Assembly (NCBI GenBank): GCA_910592345.1 | Contig: CAJVPI010000357.1 | Location: forward strand, 1 to 33,571 | Reading direction: 5' to 3' | DNA: 33,571 bases | From: Paraglomus brasilianum | Lineage: Eukaryota | Part shown: positions 22,253-33,571 of the stretch, one piece after another | How positions within the stretch are numbered: the stretch's first letter is position 1 | Layout: every line of letters starts with the position of its first letter | Program-made: the position numbers and the translations under genes | Notes under the pieces: model-generated | What the model saw: only the letters and a program-made list of their open reading frames with translations | What the model was told of the DNA's origin: nothing | Database searches by the model: none

Positions 22253-25200
22253 ATGACTCAATCAAAGAAACAAGAAGAGCGTCACCTCAGGTAATCGCTC
22301 TTTTGTTTTCTTTTCTGCTCGTGGTTTATGCGTCTTGACTGCTACGAGTTTGTCATTTGCTAAACTTTTTTGATCACTCAGGATCATTCGCGAGCTTTTA
22401 AAGCGACCAGAGAATAAAAAATGCTTCGACTGTCCAGCAAAAGTAAGTATAGGCCTCTAATCTTCTCAAGACACATACTACTCCCACCTATAGGCTTGAC
22501 CAACTTGCTTGATTTGCTTACATCAAAGTTGATCGAGTGAGATCGGTGAGTTGTAGCAACTTGCTTCTAGACTAAGAACAGTTTATATTTATTACCCATA
22601 CACAATAAATATTCTAGGGTCCAGTTTACGTGAATTTATTGAACTCCTCATTCATATGTGCGAGATGCTCGGGTTTGCAGTAAGTGTCGTTAATTGAGAA
22701 TCGCGTAATATGCACGTTAGAGTATATTTCCATTAACAACGATTGTTCTCTGAAGCCGTAATCTTAGTCACAGAGTGAAATCCATCTCAGCATCTACTTT
22801 TACTTCGGCCGAGATAGATGCTTTAAAGAGAGGTGGTAATGCTGTACGTATACATTATTATGTGTTACTTACACACTTGCGCATTCAATTCAATTCTAAA
22901 CCAGCTTCCCACATACCATTGCTTTTATTAGAAAGCTGCCGAAATCTGGTTAGCAAAATATACTACTGCCGATTTCCCCGAACCGGCTGTAGATGATGTA
23001 GACGGTATTACGCAATTTATGCGGATGAAATACATTAACAAGCGCTGGCTCACATCTGTTCATGCAGATGGGCAGAAGGTTATTAGTAAAGATAGCTTTG
23101 ACAAAGGATCAATAGTCATCAACCCGCCCGCATTGTCCCATCGATCGAGCTCGCTGTCTTCCAGTAGTACGCTAAGCCGACAATCAAGCGCCGCAGATGT
23201 AAGGGTTAGCGAACGAAGTGTTTCGTCTGGCGGTGAAGTTGGAGAGAACATAATTGGAAGTAGACGCGATGTCGATGATGCTACGCATGTAATAGGAAAA
23301 CATTTCAAGAGTTTCACGGATCCCGGATGGAACGTGGGCAGAGGGTCTAGTACGACGACGCCTGCTTCGACAAGGACCGTGTCGCCCACTTCACCAACTT
23401 TCGCTACCAAGCGCGACACCCCATCATCCGACACATTATCTAGTCGTAAATCCGAGGTCGAAGATATTTTCTCACCATTTAGTAACTATACGTCGAATTC
23501 GCAACCGTCCTCACAAGTATCCCTGTCTCAACCAGTGCAGCAACCTCAATTGAGAAGCAGCACAATGCCTGGCATGTCAGTTACCACTCCAAGACGGCAG
23601 CAGTCTAGTCCTAGACCCCAGTCTGGATTGTATCAGGATGTCAACTTGAATAATCGTCGAACAACAAACTTGGTCAGTTCTAATCGCCCAATTAGCGTTA
23701 TGAATTCATATTCGACATCGAATGATTCTTCTGCGGCATCTAACAATTCGTCAATGACCAATTTGACTAGTTATAATGATCAGCAAACATTGTTTAATAA
23801 TTTGCAACAGCCTGTAAATTCAACGAATCCGTTTGCGACAACAAGTTCTTCCGTTTCATCCACCTCTGCAACCACCGATCCCTATAAAGCATTTGAACGC
23901 TTGAGCGTATCAGATAGTGTATCGAAAGCCCCTGTAGTAAACAATATACCCATAACCAATCAAACAGGGATAACAGCAAACCAGCAAGTTTCTTCTCCGT
24001 TCGATACGATGACCGATCCCTACAAAGCATTTGAACACTTGAACATATCAGATAGTGCATCGAAGGCCCCTGTAGTAAACAATATACCCATAACCAATCA
24101 AACAGGAATAACAAACCAGCAGGTTTCTTCGCCGTTCGATACGATGACCGATCCCTACAAAGCATTTGAACGCTTGAACTTATCAGATAGTGTATCGAAA
24201 GCCCCTGTAATAAACAATACAACCATAACCAATCAAACGGGAGTAACAGCAACTCATCAGGTTTCTTCTCCGTTTGATTCAATGCAGAAAACCCAAAAGT
24301 CTACCAACCCATATGATGCACTTTACAACAATAATTCAACAATATTTGATGTATTTCAATCTGCATCTATGCAAAAAGCAAACGATAGAGTTGTAGACAA
24401 CGGATTTGATGTGTTCCAGTCAGCTCCGACACAATCACTTCGAGACACATCACCACCAAGTTTGGATAATTTGTTCAACTCGTTCCAATCGGCTCAGCCG
24501 CCAGCACTTCAGCGAACGGCGTCTGATGATATATTTACCAACTTCCAATCAGCTTCAACCAATCCAATACAACGATCCATGTCAAATGATATATTTGACA
24601 CCTTCCAATCAGCGTCAACAACTTCATTACAAAGACATGCATCATCATCTTCTTCCTCAAGTAATAATAATACATTCAGTTCGTCCCAACCAGTGCAGAC
24701 TACTTCACTTCAACGATCCATGTCTTCAGATCTATTTACATCATTTCAGCAAGCTCCAGAATCATCTATACTAGGAAATGGATCGTCTACGAACGTATTT
24801 AATACGTTACAGCCTGCTTCTAATTTAACACATCAACAACCCGCTCTCTCGGCTGGTATTACGAACTCTAATACATTTGCTACACGACAACAACCGCCAT
24901 ATCAAAGTACTCAACATCAAGACACAAAATACCAAAGTACTCTCACTGGCATTAATTTCACCTCTTCATCAAACAACATGAACAATACTGACCCATTCTC
25001 ACCTTTTGAAATCTTTCAACGACAAAAGACTGAGATATCTGCGGGGCAGGCTAGTAATCTACCTTCGATACCACAACAACAAACGAGTACCAACTACCAA
25101 ACTTCCGTTAATCCATTTACATCAACGCCGGTAAATGGAGCTAGCATGCAGCAGTCGTCACATTTTTCTGGGATTTCGTCTGCTTACGGATCGCATAATC

Positions 25201-25373
25201 CATTTCCATTGACGTCCAATTCAGTAAATGTTAATGGATCGTTGAATAATTTACAGCATGCAGGTAGCAAGATATCATTTGATGCAGCTTTTGAAGATTT
25301 GGATCCTTTAAATAACAATAAGAAAGGATTTGTGGGGAGTGAGGTGAATGGGGGGACAAGGAATTTATGGTAA
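22253..25373 (+). CDS. ArfGAP-domain protein, AGFG/HRB-like; 5 exons, 896 aa
   Basis: Introns 22291-22381, 22443-22617, 22680-22755, 22844-22931 give CFDC-x16-CARC-SGLH-R (C4 zinc finger plus catalytic Arg), HRVKSISASTFT..GGN..AEIW and FMRMKYINKRW. The long S/T/N/Q-rich tail carries NPF, DPF and DLDPL motifs. Confidence 0.92.
23874..24284 (+). repeat. Coding minisatellite, 3 units (138, 135, 138 bp)
   Basis: Units start at 23874, 24012 and 24147, encoding TDPYKAFERLxxSDSVSKAPVVNNIPITNQTGIT(A)NQQVSSPFDTM. Confidence 0.95.
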
Positions 25374-26031
25374 TTGGAACAAGAGCCAAAAAATTGAACG
25401 TGAAAACCGAGAAGAAAAAAACAAATATGATTATTGCTTGTTTGTATATTGTATTGTTTATAGTATGGTACATTGTAAAGTAGCGTAATAAGATTCTTAA
25501 AACTGATATTTTGGGGGAAAAGAGCTATGTTGAAGACTATCTCAAAAGTTAGTTTCGTGCCTCAAAAATTAATGGAATTAAATTAATAAATACATAACAT
25601 GTATGGGGCATGTTCATACAGAATTCAACCGTCAAATTGTCAATATTTCCGTGTTTTATCTCTGAAAGTTTATTGTTACCTATTTTAATCTTTAATGCCA
25701 GTAGACTAATGAATGCTTATCAAGCTATCTCGGCATTTGTTCTATAAAAACGTTCCTTTAAACTCCACAGTTATCCATAATGTCTGACTCGAATAAATCA
25801 CCACAGCCTTATTTCCTTGTTTGGGCTTTCACTCTTACATTTTTAGGTTTGACATGTATTATTTATTAGAGTTTCGGAGGATTGCGCTAACCTTAGAGTG
25901 CTTTGGTGTAATAATATTGGTTCAGTGCTTGGCCGTTGATTTGCTGGACAAGGATAATACATCGAGACTTGTTGATAAATTCAATACATGGTGGTATAGA
26001 ATTGGTTTATTTATTAGTGATTATTATTTAC

Positions 26032-26163
26032 GGGTCCGTATTATTTCGTCGACAATCATTTCACCGACAATTAACTGCCAAAAAAGGATAACTTCGAAAT
26101 AATGTTGGTGAAGATTTGTTGGTCGATGAAATGATTGTCGACGAAATGAAATGATTGCCTCCC
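26032..26163. mobile_element. 132-bp fold-back MITE with 8-bp TSD (MULE- or hAT-type)
   Basis: TTATTTAC|GGG...CCC|TTATTTAC; arms ATTTCGTCGACAATCATTTCACCGAC and GTCGATGAAATGATTGTCGACGAAAT are inverted with 1 mismatch. Confidence 0.8.
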
Positions 26164-26404
26164 TTATTTACTTTAGATGGTAGGACAATGACAATCATAA
26201 AAAACATACGTATGAAAAACACACACACGGCTCGGATAGTGGTGTGATCTTGGTGATCTAGAGAATTTGGTAAGTGATAATATCTATAATAATAACGCAT
26301 TAATAAATATTCAACATTTATATGTATACGAACGAAAAACGAATCACATCAGTCACAAGCATAGGAGTGCATTCAACAGCAGGTTCAACGGCACAATAGA
26401 AATC

Positions 26405-26948
26405 ATGGAAGATAGTCCTCCAAGAAAAGTGCGTCGTACTCGAGCCCAAGAGAGGCCGAAAGCAGTTCGGCGAGTTAAATCACGAGGACAATCAGAAGAT
26501 AAAATGACAACTCATGCGAAGAGTCCATTAGCACCAGTTGTGCCCCAACCCATTTGTGTATGTTGTGGGGAAGTACAGGCGCCTGATGCACGGTCTACAG
26601 CTACACTGGTTAGTCCAGTTAGGGTCAGAGCTTCTGCTATAGTAAAAGGCAGGGACAGAGTCCATAGGATGATTAGATGCAACTTCTGTACCAAATGGTA
26701 CCACCTAGCATGTATGAATCCACCGACAAGGACTATGCCTTCCAGGTGAGAATAATTACATGCGTGCATAATTTATAAACCCTGTTAGCATTTGTATTGA
26801 CCCTTATACTTTTTTTCTCCTTTTGCATTATATTCGTAGTGGATATATCTGGCGATGTGAAGACTGTGAAAAAGTTGCCGATAAACCAGGCGAGGCCACG
26901 GATTCAAATGAAGATAGCAGGAACAAAATGGAAACTAAGATCGCGTAA
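26405..26948 (+). CDS. PHD-finger protein, 2 exons, 149 aa (possibly 5'-truncated)
   Basis: Intron 26746-26839 joins CVCC...CNFCTKWYHLACMNPP to SGYIWRCEDC, a complete C4HC3 PHD with the conserved Trp; basic N-terminus. Confidence 0.75.
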
Positions 26949-27201
26949 AACACGAGTGCAGTGACTCAGTAAATTGGTATAAATATAATTATGAAATGGT
27001 TGATGTCTGATATTGGTCTTAGACTTGGGTGGGAGTGTTGATTGAATCGTGTTTTTCAAGCATGATACTATAAAATAAACTGCTTCGGAAGAGGGAGCAC
27101 CCTTGCCCCAAGTTCCTCCGCATTTGCACACGACAAAGCATAATACAATATTTTGACTTTCTATACCTGTGTATACATTTCATCAGTATTGGTCTCTACT
27201 T

Positions 27202-27246
27202 TATATATATATATATATTTATTTATTTATTTATTTATTTATTTAT
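27202..27246. repeat. Compound microsatellite (TA)n(TTTA)n
   Basis: tatatatatatatatattt followed by repeated attt units. Confidence 0.9.
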
Positions 27247-27463
27247 TATTCATTTATAGGGTCGAGTATTAGTGATGCGGTTTCTCCGCGACGCATACCC
27301 TTTTAAGTTTTCTTTTTAATAATATAAACATGCAGTTTATTAACAATTCTTTTTAATAGGCGTCACATTTGGGCTGCGTCATTTGTGGTGTTAAAACAAT
27401 ATCATGTTTCTTTCAAGGTTTTCGACATGGAGAGATTCTGCTTGATACGAGATGGTGAATATA

Positions 27464-27611
27464 CAGGCAAACTCGATAAGTCGGTCTCTCGATGATTCAA
27501 TTTTGGCCTAAGAAGGCCAAAACTTCCCAAGCCCTTTTCTCAGTTTTAATATTTAAAATCTCTCGATAAGTCGGTCCATCATGCATGACCGACTTATCGA
27601 GTTTGCCTATG
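27464..27611. mobile_element. 148-bp Tc1/pogo-like MITE with TA TSD
   Basis: TA|CAGGCAAACTCGATAAGTCGGTC ... GACCGACTTATCGAGTTTGCCT(AT)G|TA, with an internal third copy of CTCGATAAGTCGGTC at 27562. Confidence 0.85.
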
Positions 27612-28317
27612 TATACTGTAATAGATATATTTATTGTCTTGTACTGTTGAGAACTTTTCTAACCGATTTTTTTATGTGTTTAGGGCCGAAGAAAAGAATG
27701 AAGCGACTGCAAAACGCACAAACGCTGAGAGAATCCACAAACCCGATATGCGTATAAGATTGCCTTTAGCGCGTCACAAAAACACGGGTTTTACCAAAGA
27801 AGCAGCAAAGTCTAAGAAATGTTAATCTAGAGTGCTCACGCATTAGCAAGAGGAAGACCATTTTGGACAAACTATCTACCATACCCATTATTATTTTTTG
27901 AAGTAAAAAATTGCAATATTGAATAGACATACTATCGAGTGCGTGTCTTGGAAACTTTTCAAATACCTCTGACAGTTTAGTAAGTTGATTGGATTTAAAA
28001 CTTTTATGCTACGTCATAGATTTATTGAGCAAAGAGTCCAGTATTATTGCCAAGCCTTTGGACTGTTCGTTCATAACCCAGCCTCAGGAGTTACTACCAG
28101 ACTGTATTTGGGAATGCATATGCGGGCATTACGTAGTAGCGTCTGTTATATTAATAGAAATATTAACTTCGCGATAATTTAATTTCATTGCTCGTTATAC
28201 CGTATATGCGAAACTGTTCCACGGCTGTTTTTGTGGAACTGACTCTAAATGAAACGTGTAATCATAACCCCCACGAATATGTCATTCATGGACAATTTGC
28301 TATAAGAACACATCGTC

Positions 28318-29784
28318 ATGAGCAATTACTCCCCGCTCAGTGTCTCCGAAGACGAATCTAATACTAAAGCGCCTAGCCGGCAAATTAATAATAGGGGAAA
28401 CCTAAGACGGCTACTGTTAACCTTAGTATTCTTCACACTTGCAATCGTTACGCTTTGGAACATCGTTCCTGGCCTATTCCTAAACGTTAAGAATTTCGAC
28501 GAAAACACTCTCGCTCCACCAATGGATCTTAACACACCCAGCAGAGGCAAGGTCATTGCGGGATATTTCGTCTCTTGGGGCATATACGCCCGTGCTTTTA
28601 CTGTATCGGACTTGGATCCGTCTAAACTTTCTCATATACTCTACGCCTTTGCCGAGCCCAATGCCGATGGAACAGTCATTCTTAAAGATCCATGGGCTGA
28701 TACCGACAAACATTTTGATGGTGATTCGTGGAATGACTCGGGAAACAATCTTTATGGAAATTTCAAACAGCTAGGTTTGTTGAAAAAGAAGAATAGACAT
28801 CTGAAAGTTAGCTTGTCAATCGGAGGGTGGACGCTGTCGAAAAACTTCCCGGCAATGGCAGCTCATAAAGCGTCGAGACACAAGTTTGTCGAGTCATCTA
28901 TTGCTCTGCTCAATGATTTAGGTCTAGATGGATTAGACAGTAAGTGCATTATTCGCATTCTACGTAAATTGTGTAACCAGTTGGGAAACTAACTGACATG
29001 ATCGTGTTGATCGCTTGTAGTTGACTGGGAGTATCCAGAAAACAATAAGGATGCCCATAACTATGTTACACTTCTTCAAGAACTTCGTCAAGGATTAGAC
29101 GAGTATGCATCTTCGAAAAGAGAGACAAATCGATATCTTTTAACGGCCGCGGTGCCAGCTGGTGAATCCAAGTATCGTATCCTCGACCTGAATGGGATGA
29201 GCAGATACCTCGATCACTTTTATTTAATGGCCTACGACTTTTGCGGTTCGTGGTCGGATGCCGCCGGACACCAGGCTAATCTTTATGCGGGCGATCTCAA
29301 TATCGATATGGCTGTTAGACACTATATCGAGCATGGTGTGTCGGCTCACAAGATCGTTGTTGGTATGCCAATGTATGGCCGTGCATTTAGAAATACCAGC
29401 GGAGTTGGTGGAGCGTTCAACGGCGTTGGGGAGGGAACTTGGGAAGAAGGTGTCTATGATTATAAGAAGCTTCCCCCCGAGCATGCGGATGAGATCGTGG
29501 ATCACGTTGCAGTCGCAGCATACAGTTACAATAGCAAGAACAAAGAGTTTATCAGTTACGATAATCCCCACGTTATTGCGCGTAAAGCTCAATATATAGT
29601 TGCAATGGGTTTGGGAGGGGGAATGTTCTGGGAACTGAGTGCTGACCATCCAACCGACAACGAACGGTCGTTATTAAGAACTGTGTATAATGAATTACAT
29701 GGAGTGACAGAGTTGGACAGGACACCAAATCACATCTCATTTCCTAATAGTAAATATGATAACGTTAAAGCCGGCTTTGAGTGA
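28318..29784 (+). CDS. GH18 chitinase (fungal subgroup A-like), 2 exons, 461 aa, N-terminal transmembrane anchor
   Basis: Intron 28940-29020 restores the catalytic LDGLDIDWEYP (DxxDxDxE). Other motifs: GYFVSWGIYAR, SIGGWT, LMAYDF, GMPMYGR, GGGMFWELSAD. Hydrophobic segment LLLTLVFFTLAIVTLWNIV at about residues 32-50. Confidence 0.96.
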
Positions 29785-31699
29785 ATTACTTGTCGTAATT
29801 TTAATATAGTTGATATTATTTATTTCGATAACCACGCATATAATAACATAATAAACAGGTTTGCAAATCCAGATTATTGTGGTTTAACCCATTAATAATT
29901 CTCTCGTTGAAATTTGTAATTAGAACGAACGTTAGTTACTGTCAGGTTGATATCAATACTAGACATTCGACGTGAAGCGGTTCAAGATAACTGATATTCA
30001 ATCTTTGATTTGTTGTCCGAGTCTGGCAAACCTACGCGCATTCTAGTTGCTGAATACTACAACTATAGTCCTCCGTTTTATTTTTCTGCTTGCAAATAAG
30101 TGGCCTAAGCAAGTACGCGTATAATAATAACGAATTGTCATAGGAAATGTCATTTAAGTCAATCTATCGTACTTCTTATTCTTATGGCAAATATTACTAA
30201 AAAATATAATAATACGATGTGGATGCAATACGTACGTACCTTACCGTACCTTCAACGCATAGCACGGAAACCAGTGCAAAAGTACAATTCCTTTGATAGA
30301 TTTTTAAGAGGTAAATATCTACCATGAACATAATCAGGCAAAATAAAAAAGGAAACAGTCAAAAATAATACCCAGCACGTATTAGAACCCACTTTTCTGA
30401 CACGGGTAATTTAGACGTAACTTTAAAATCTGAAATGCGCAGAGAATTATCGACAACCTAGACTCATACCCTTCTTATTGATAGTAAAGAATAGGAAACC
30501 CGACCAATCAAAATACCAAATCGAAGATTAAATTTAAAAATTAAATTTCCCTTCGATTCAACTATTAAATTGTTGTTGTTTGGTACCCTTATTTGGATAC
30601 GAGTGGAAAATACATCGTATAGGGAGTGGTTAAGCGCGCGAATAACAAATCTATTATTTAATAGGTTGCTCGAAGCATAATTCAGTCATAATCGTACAGC
30701 CCTGGAGCAAGGGCGGTAATGCGAGCTAAGCTTGGTAACATTTCCCGGTTGGTGAACATACCTACGCGAAAGATAATACCGCTCAAATATATACCAACCG
30801 CAACAATGAACTGCTAACTTTTTTATAACAATTTCTAATTAGCCGCAGTCAATTTGATCATGAAATATTTTCTACGTTCGAAACTTCATCGAGTTGACAG
30901 ACTATTCCTCTCGTTATTCAGCATTTTGTGTGCTCTACCTAATTATTAAGGGGGGCCAAGAAAGATAAAAAGAGCGAACTGTGGAGCTAATTGTTACATT
31001 TTAACTTGTTTATGGCACATCTAAAATAAAAATAGCTGTTTGCAGCGAGTTGCGCGTATGAGAGCAATGAAGTTGACATGCAGTATATGAGAAATTAGTA
31101 GTATGCGTATATTCTAATTCATTCGCAGAATAATTAATAGTGTCAAATCCGAAACTAATAGTCATGTAAAATAAAAACGTGTTAGACTCAAAAAACCAAC
31201 AGTCAAATATTCGTTATATCCTTGAATATGTTTGCTTCTGCTTTAGCATCGCCCACCATTATTGAAAACCTTCAATATGACATTCTTAAAGCTTTCAAAG
31301 ACAGCCTTGCTGAGATATTCAGAATGCAGTAATAAACTGGTTTCATCCTATTAAATGATTGTCATTGCCATCTTTTCGTGCTGAGGAAATGTCAGTTAAC
31401 GGACTTGCAAATAATTCAGCTAGAATTGATTGTATCCGATGCTTATTTTCCGTGGAGCTTACCCCCAACGAACGTTTGCAACTAATGTCGTTAGTCACTT
31501 TTAGTTAATCGAAACAAAACTTTGCGAAAAAGAAGATATAATCTTTAGCGTTTACCATATCGATATGCGCAGCATAGAGTTATCCTAAATTATCGATTGC
31601 GTAATGCTTCATATTACACGTGACTATTCAGTGATTCATAAACAATAGCGTCGTTGCTGTTACGTACACACGCGAACTTACCAAGCATCGCACAAAGCC

Positions 31700-32330
31700 T
31701 ATTCCTGGCAAGGCAGCCTTCTCCAAGCACTATTGACAGTCATGGGGAAATGAAGACTTTGTTACGGCAGAAGTTGAACACTTGCCAAGGCTCATTACGC
31801 GTAGTGCTTATAACGTGTCTAGCAACAACACACAAATATTTCAGACGAAAGTCTGCTGAATAGAGCCTTATAGGATTTCTGAACGAAAGACCATTTCAAT
31901 ATCGCCGCTGCTGATGCCCATTCAGCAAGCCTATTCGCGGAGACTGGAGAATATCCTCTAGAGAGGCAGGCACATGGTTTGAGTTTTAATAAAACAAACT
32001 AATGACATGGAAGGCGGTCTCTAAAAGAAAATTACAATTTGCGAAAACCTACGAAGTCTTGACGTTATGCGGCAGAGAACCACCATCGGATTTGCTATCC
32101 GTATCAAAGTGGCTCAAGCCACAAGGAGAACAGCTGCTCCTCTTCCTCTTGTGTGTCAGATTCTGGGAACAGATCTCTTGCCCAGTGCATTGGTCTGCCA
32201 GGTCTTCTGCTATGGGCAACTCTCTCTGATCATGTCCACCACCAGCTACTATTTGTCTGATGTCTTCCTTGAGTTCTTCTTTGGGTGAAGATAGAAGAGG
32301 CATTGAGAGTATTGCTAGTCATGAGCAAGC
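31700..32330 (-). pseudogene. Decayed coding sequence of unknown (probably repeat-family) origin
   Basis: Coding-like, GC-richer stretch: PKEELKEDIRQIV..KRKRSS..SDGG and EWASAAAILKW..VQKSYKALFSRL in broken frames. No domain securely recognised. Confidence 0.3.
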
Positions 32331-32549
32331 TCTAGCCAAGTTCAACCTGAATTCACACAACCACAAAGCATGAATATAGAACAGGCAGAGTTTCAACAAC
32401 CAGTCTATGTAGATGGAAGAAGGGAAAGACTCAGCTTCTTCTTGACAGATATAGAAATATTTCTGTAATAAATATTAATATGTGGCATGGCAGAGATCAA
32501 CTAGTTTTAGTTTCAGACAATTAGTTTTCCTGATATTCATTGACCCAAT

Positions 32550-32666
32550 GTTGGTCCCATAGGACTTAGGAAGCCTGCATGGTTCCTAGGTCTAAGAAGT
32601 ATTGGGACACAGGCTTGCCTGTGTTTTAAATATAAAGAGCTTTTGGGCAGGGATGGGGCAACTCTA
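32550..32666. mobile_element. Possible hAT-type MITE end
   Basis: Ends GGGCAGGGATGGGGCAACTCTA (reverse complement TAGAGTTGCCCC, close to the TAGGGTTGCC hAT terminus) with GTCCC/GGGAC words inside; partner end not found. Confidence 0.3.
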
Positions 32667-33148
32667 ATCTTACCTTTGTTGGATGGGAAATCAAATAAAG
32701 ATAGTAATATAGATATTGGTTTTGAATATTACTATTACTGAATCCTATATTAACATTAATATATTCTATCTTTTAAATATCTTTCATCAATTTCTTGCTC
32801 ATTCCGAATGAGAGTACAAAATTGTAAATCCTCTCATAAAACTGTTTTTCTGGACAAATGAAGTGACATGAATTAGCAAAAAAATGGAAATAATTGTGAC
32901 AGATTAAAATGAAATTGGATTAAAATGAAATTTTCTCTATTTGAATATGAAAATTTAAAATTTTTAGGGGGCAGTTTTCTTATTCTAGGCTTTTTTGGGA
33001 TTTGGGATGGGATTTAGGGTAACTTTTGTTAATGTTAATAGAAGAGTATATGTATATGTGGGTTTCAGAGGCATTAAAAGAGGATCCAAGAAGATCCCAA
33101 ATTTTGTTTTGTTTTAATCTGCCACAATAATTAAATAATGCCAGTATA

Positions 33149-33487
33149 CAGTCCCCAGCAAAAGTAATGGCAGTCAGTTTTTGGGACGCAATGAGCTCAG
33201 CTTGAAAGATAAAAACAAATCCAGAAATTCTAATGAAAGCCAAACATTAGGGCTACAAATTTTATTATTTAGTATGGCCTCCTTCAGCATCAATACAAGC
33301 TTGAATTCTATTTTTCATACTACTGATGCTGTTAACTATGACATTTTTCTCGAGACCATCCCATTCCTCTCTAATTAAATTTAAAAAAACGGACTGAGAG
33401 ATTTTTACTTTTTCTGCCACCATTTTCTTAATACGTTTTTCAATATTATGCTTCAGAACAGCCCAGACATTCTCAATTGGATTATTT
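33149..33487 (-). mobile_element. 3' end of a Tc1/mariner transposon
   Basis: NPIENVWAVLKHNI...REEWDGL..NSISSMKNRIQACIDAEGGHTK* C-terminus; TIR-like end TA|CAGTCCCCAGCAAAAGTAATGGCAG at 33149; truncated just before NPIEN. Confidence 0.85.
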
Positions 33488-33571
33488 ACCTGCAAGGTCG
33501 CACAACCCGACACGTCGTACAGTCCATAATATTTCTATTTATGGAGGAGAAGCCATCTGAGTGTCCAATGA

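Noticed and set aside
23874..24284. CRISPR-like array
   Set aside because: Whole units are repeated with no unique spacers, in frame inside a eukaryotic exon.
27155..27190. Hammerhead ribozyme core (CTGATGA...GAAA on the - strand)
   Set aside because: Stem II does not start at the core and I could not form stems I and III; same for the hit near 49-55.
28326..29649. Antisense and alternate-frame ORFs over the chitinase
   Set aside because: Shadows of the GH18 coding sequence.
31200..31500. Coding-like minus-strand fragment (HRIQSILAELFASPL.., LHSEYLSKAVFESFKNVILKVF)
   Set aside because: Broken frames and no recognisable family; too weak to call.

Overview
Eukaryotic, intron-rich fungal DNA; the gene and repeat content points to Mucoromycota/Glomeromycota (inference). 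Apparently intact genes: augmin subunit HAUS3 (2806-5230 +), a ~1500-aa GHKL/sacsin-type ATPase of the DUF3684 type with a C-terminal HEXXH motif (9295-14935 -), a 142-aa orphan (18222-18650 +), an AGFG-type ArfGAP with tandem repeats (22253-25373 +), a small PHD-finger ORF (26405-26948 +) and a GH18 chitinase with an N-terminal membrane anchor (28318-29784 +). Between them lie decayed genes (3' part of RPAP1, a protein kinase, an LRR fragment), Tc1/mariner and MULE relics, and several MITEs with visible TIRs/TSDs. Both window ends are strongly CpG-depleted. The most unexplained signals are a ~640-bp end-paired, hairpin-rich non-coding block at 664-1301 and the ATPase-repeat-metallopeptidase protein, which has a sacsin-like/kinase relic just upstream. 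All calls are by eye; no searches were run.
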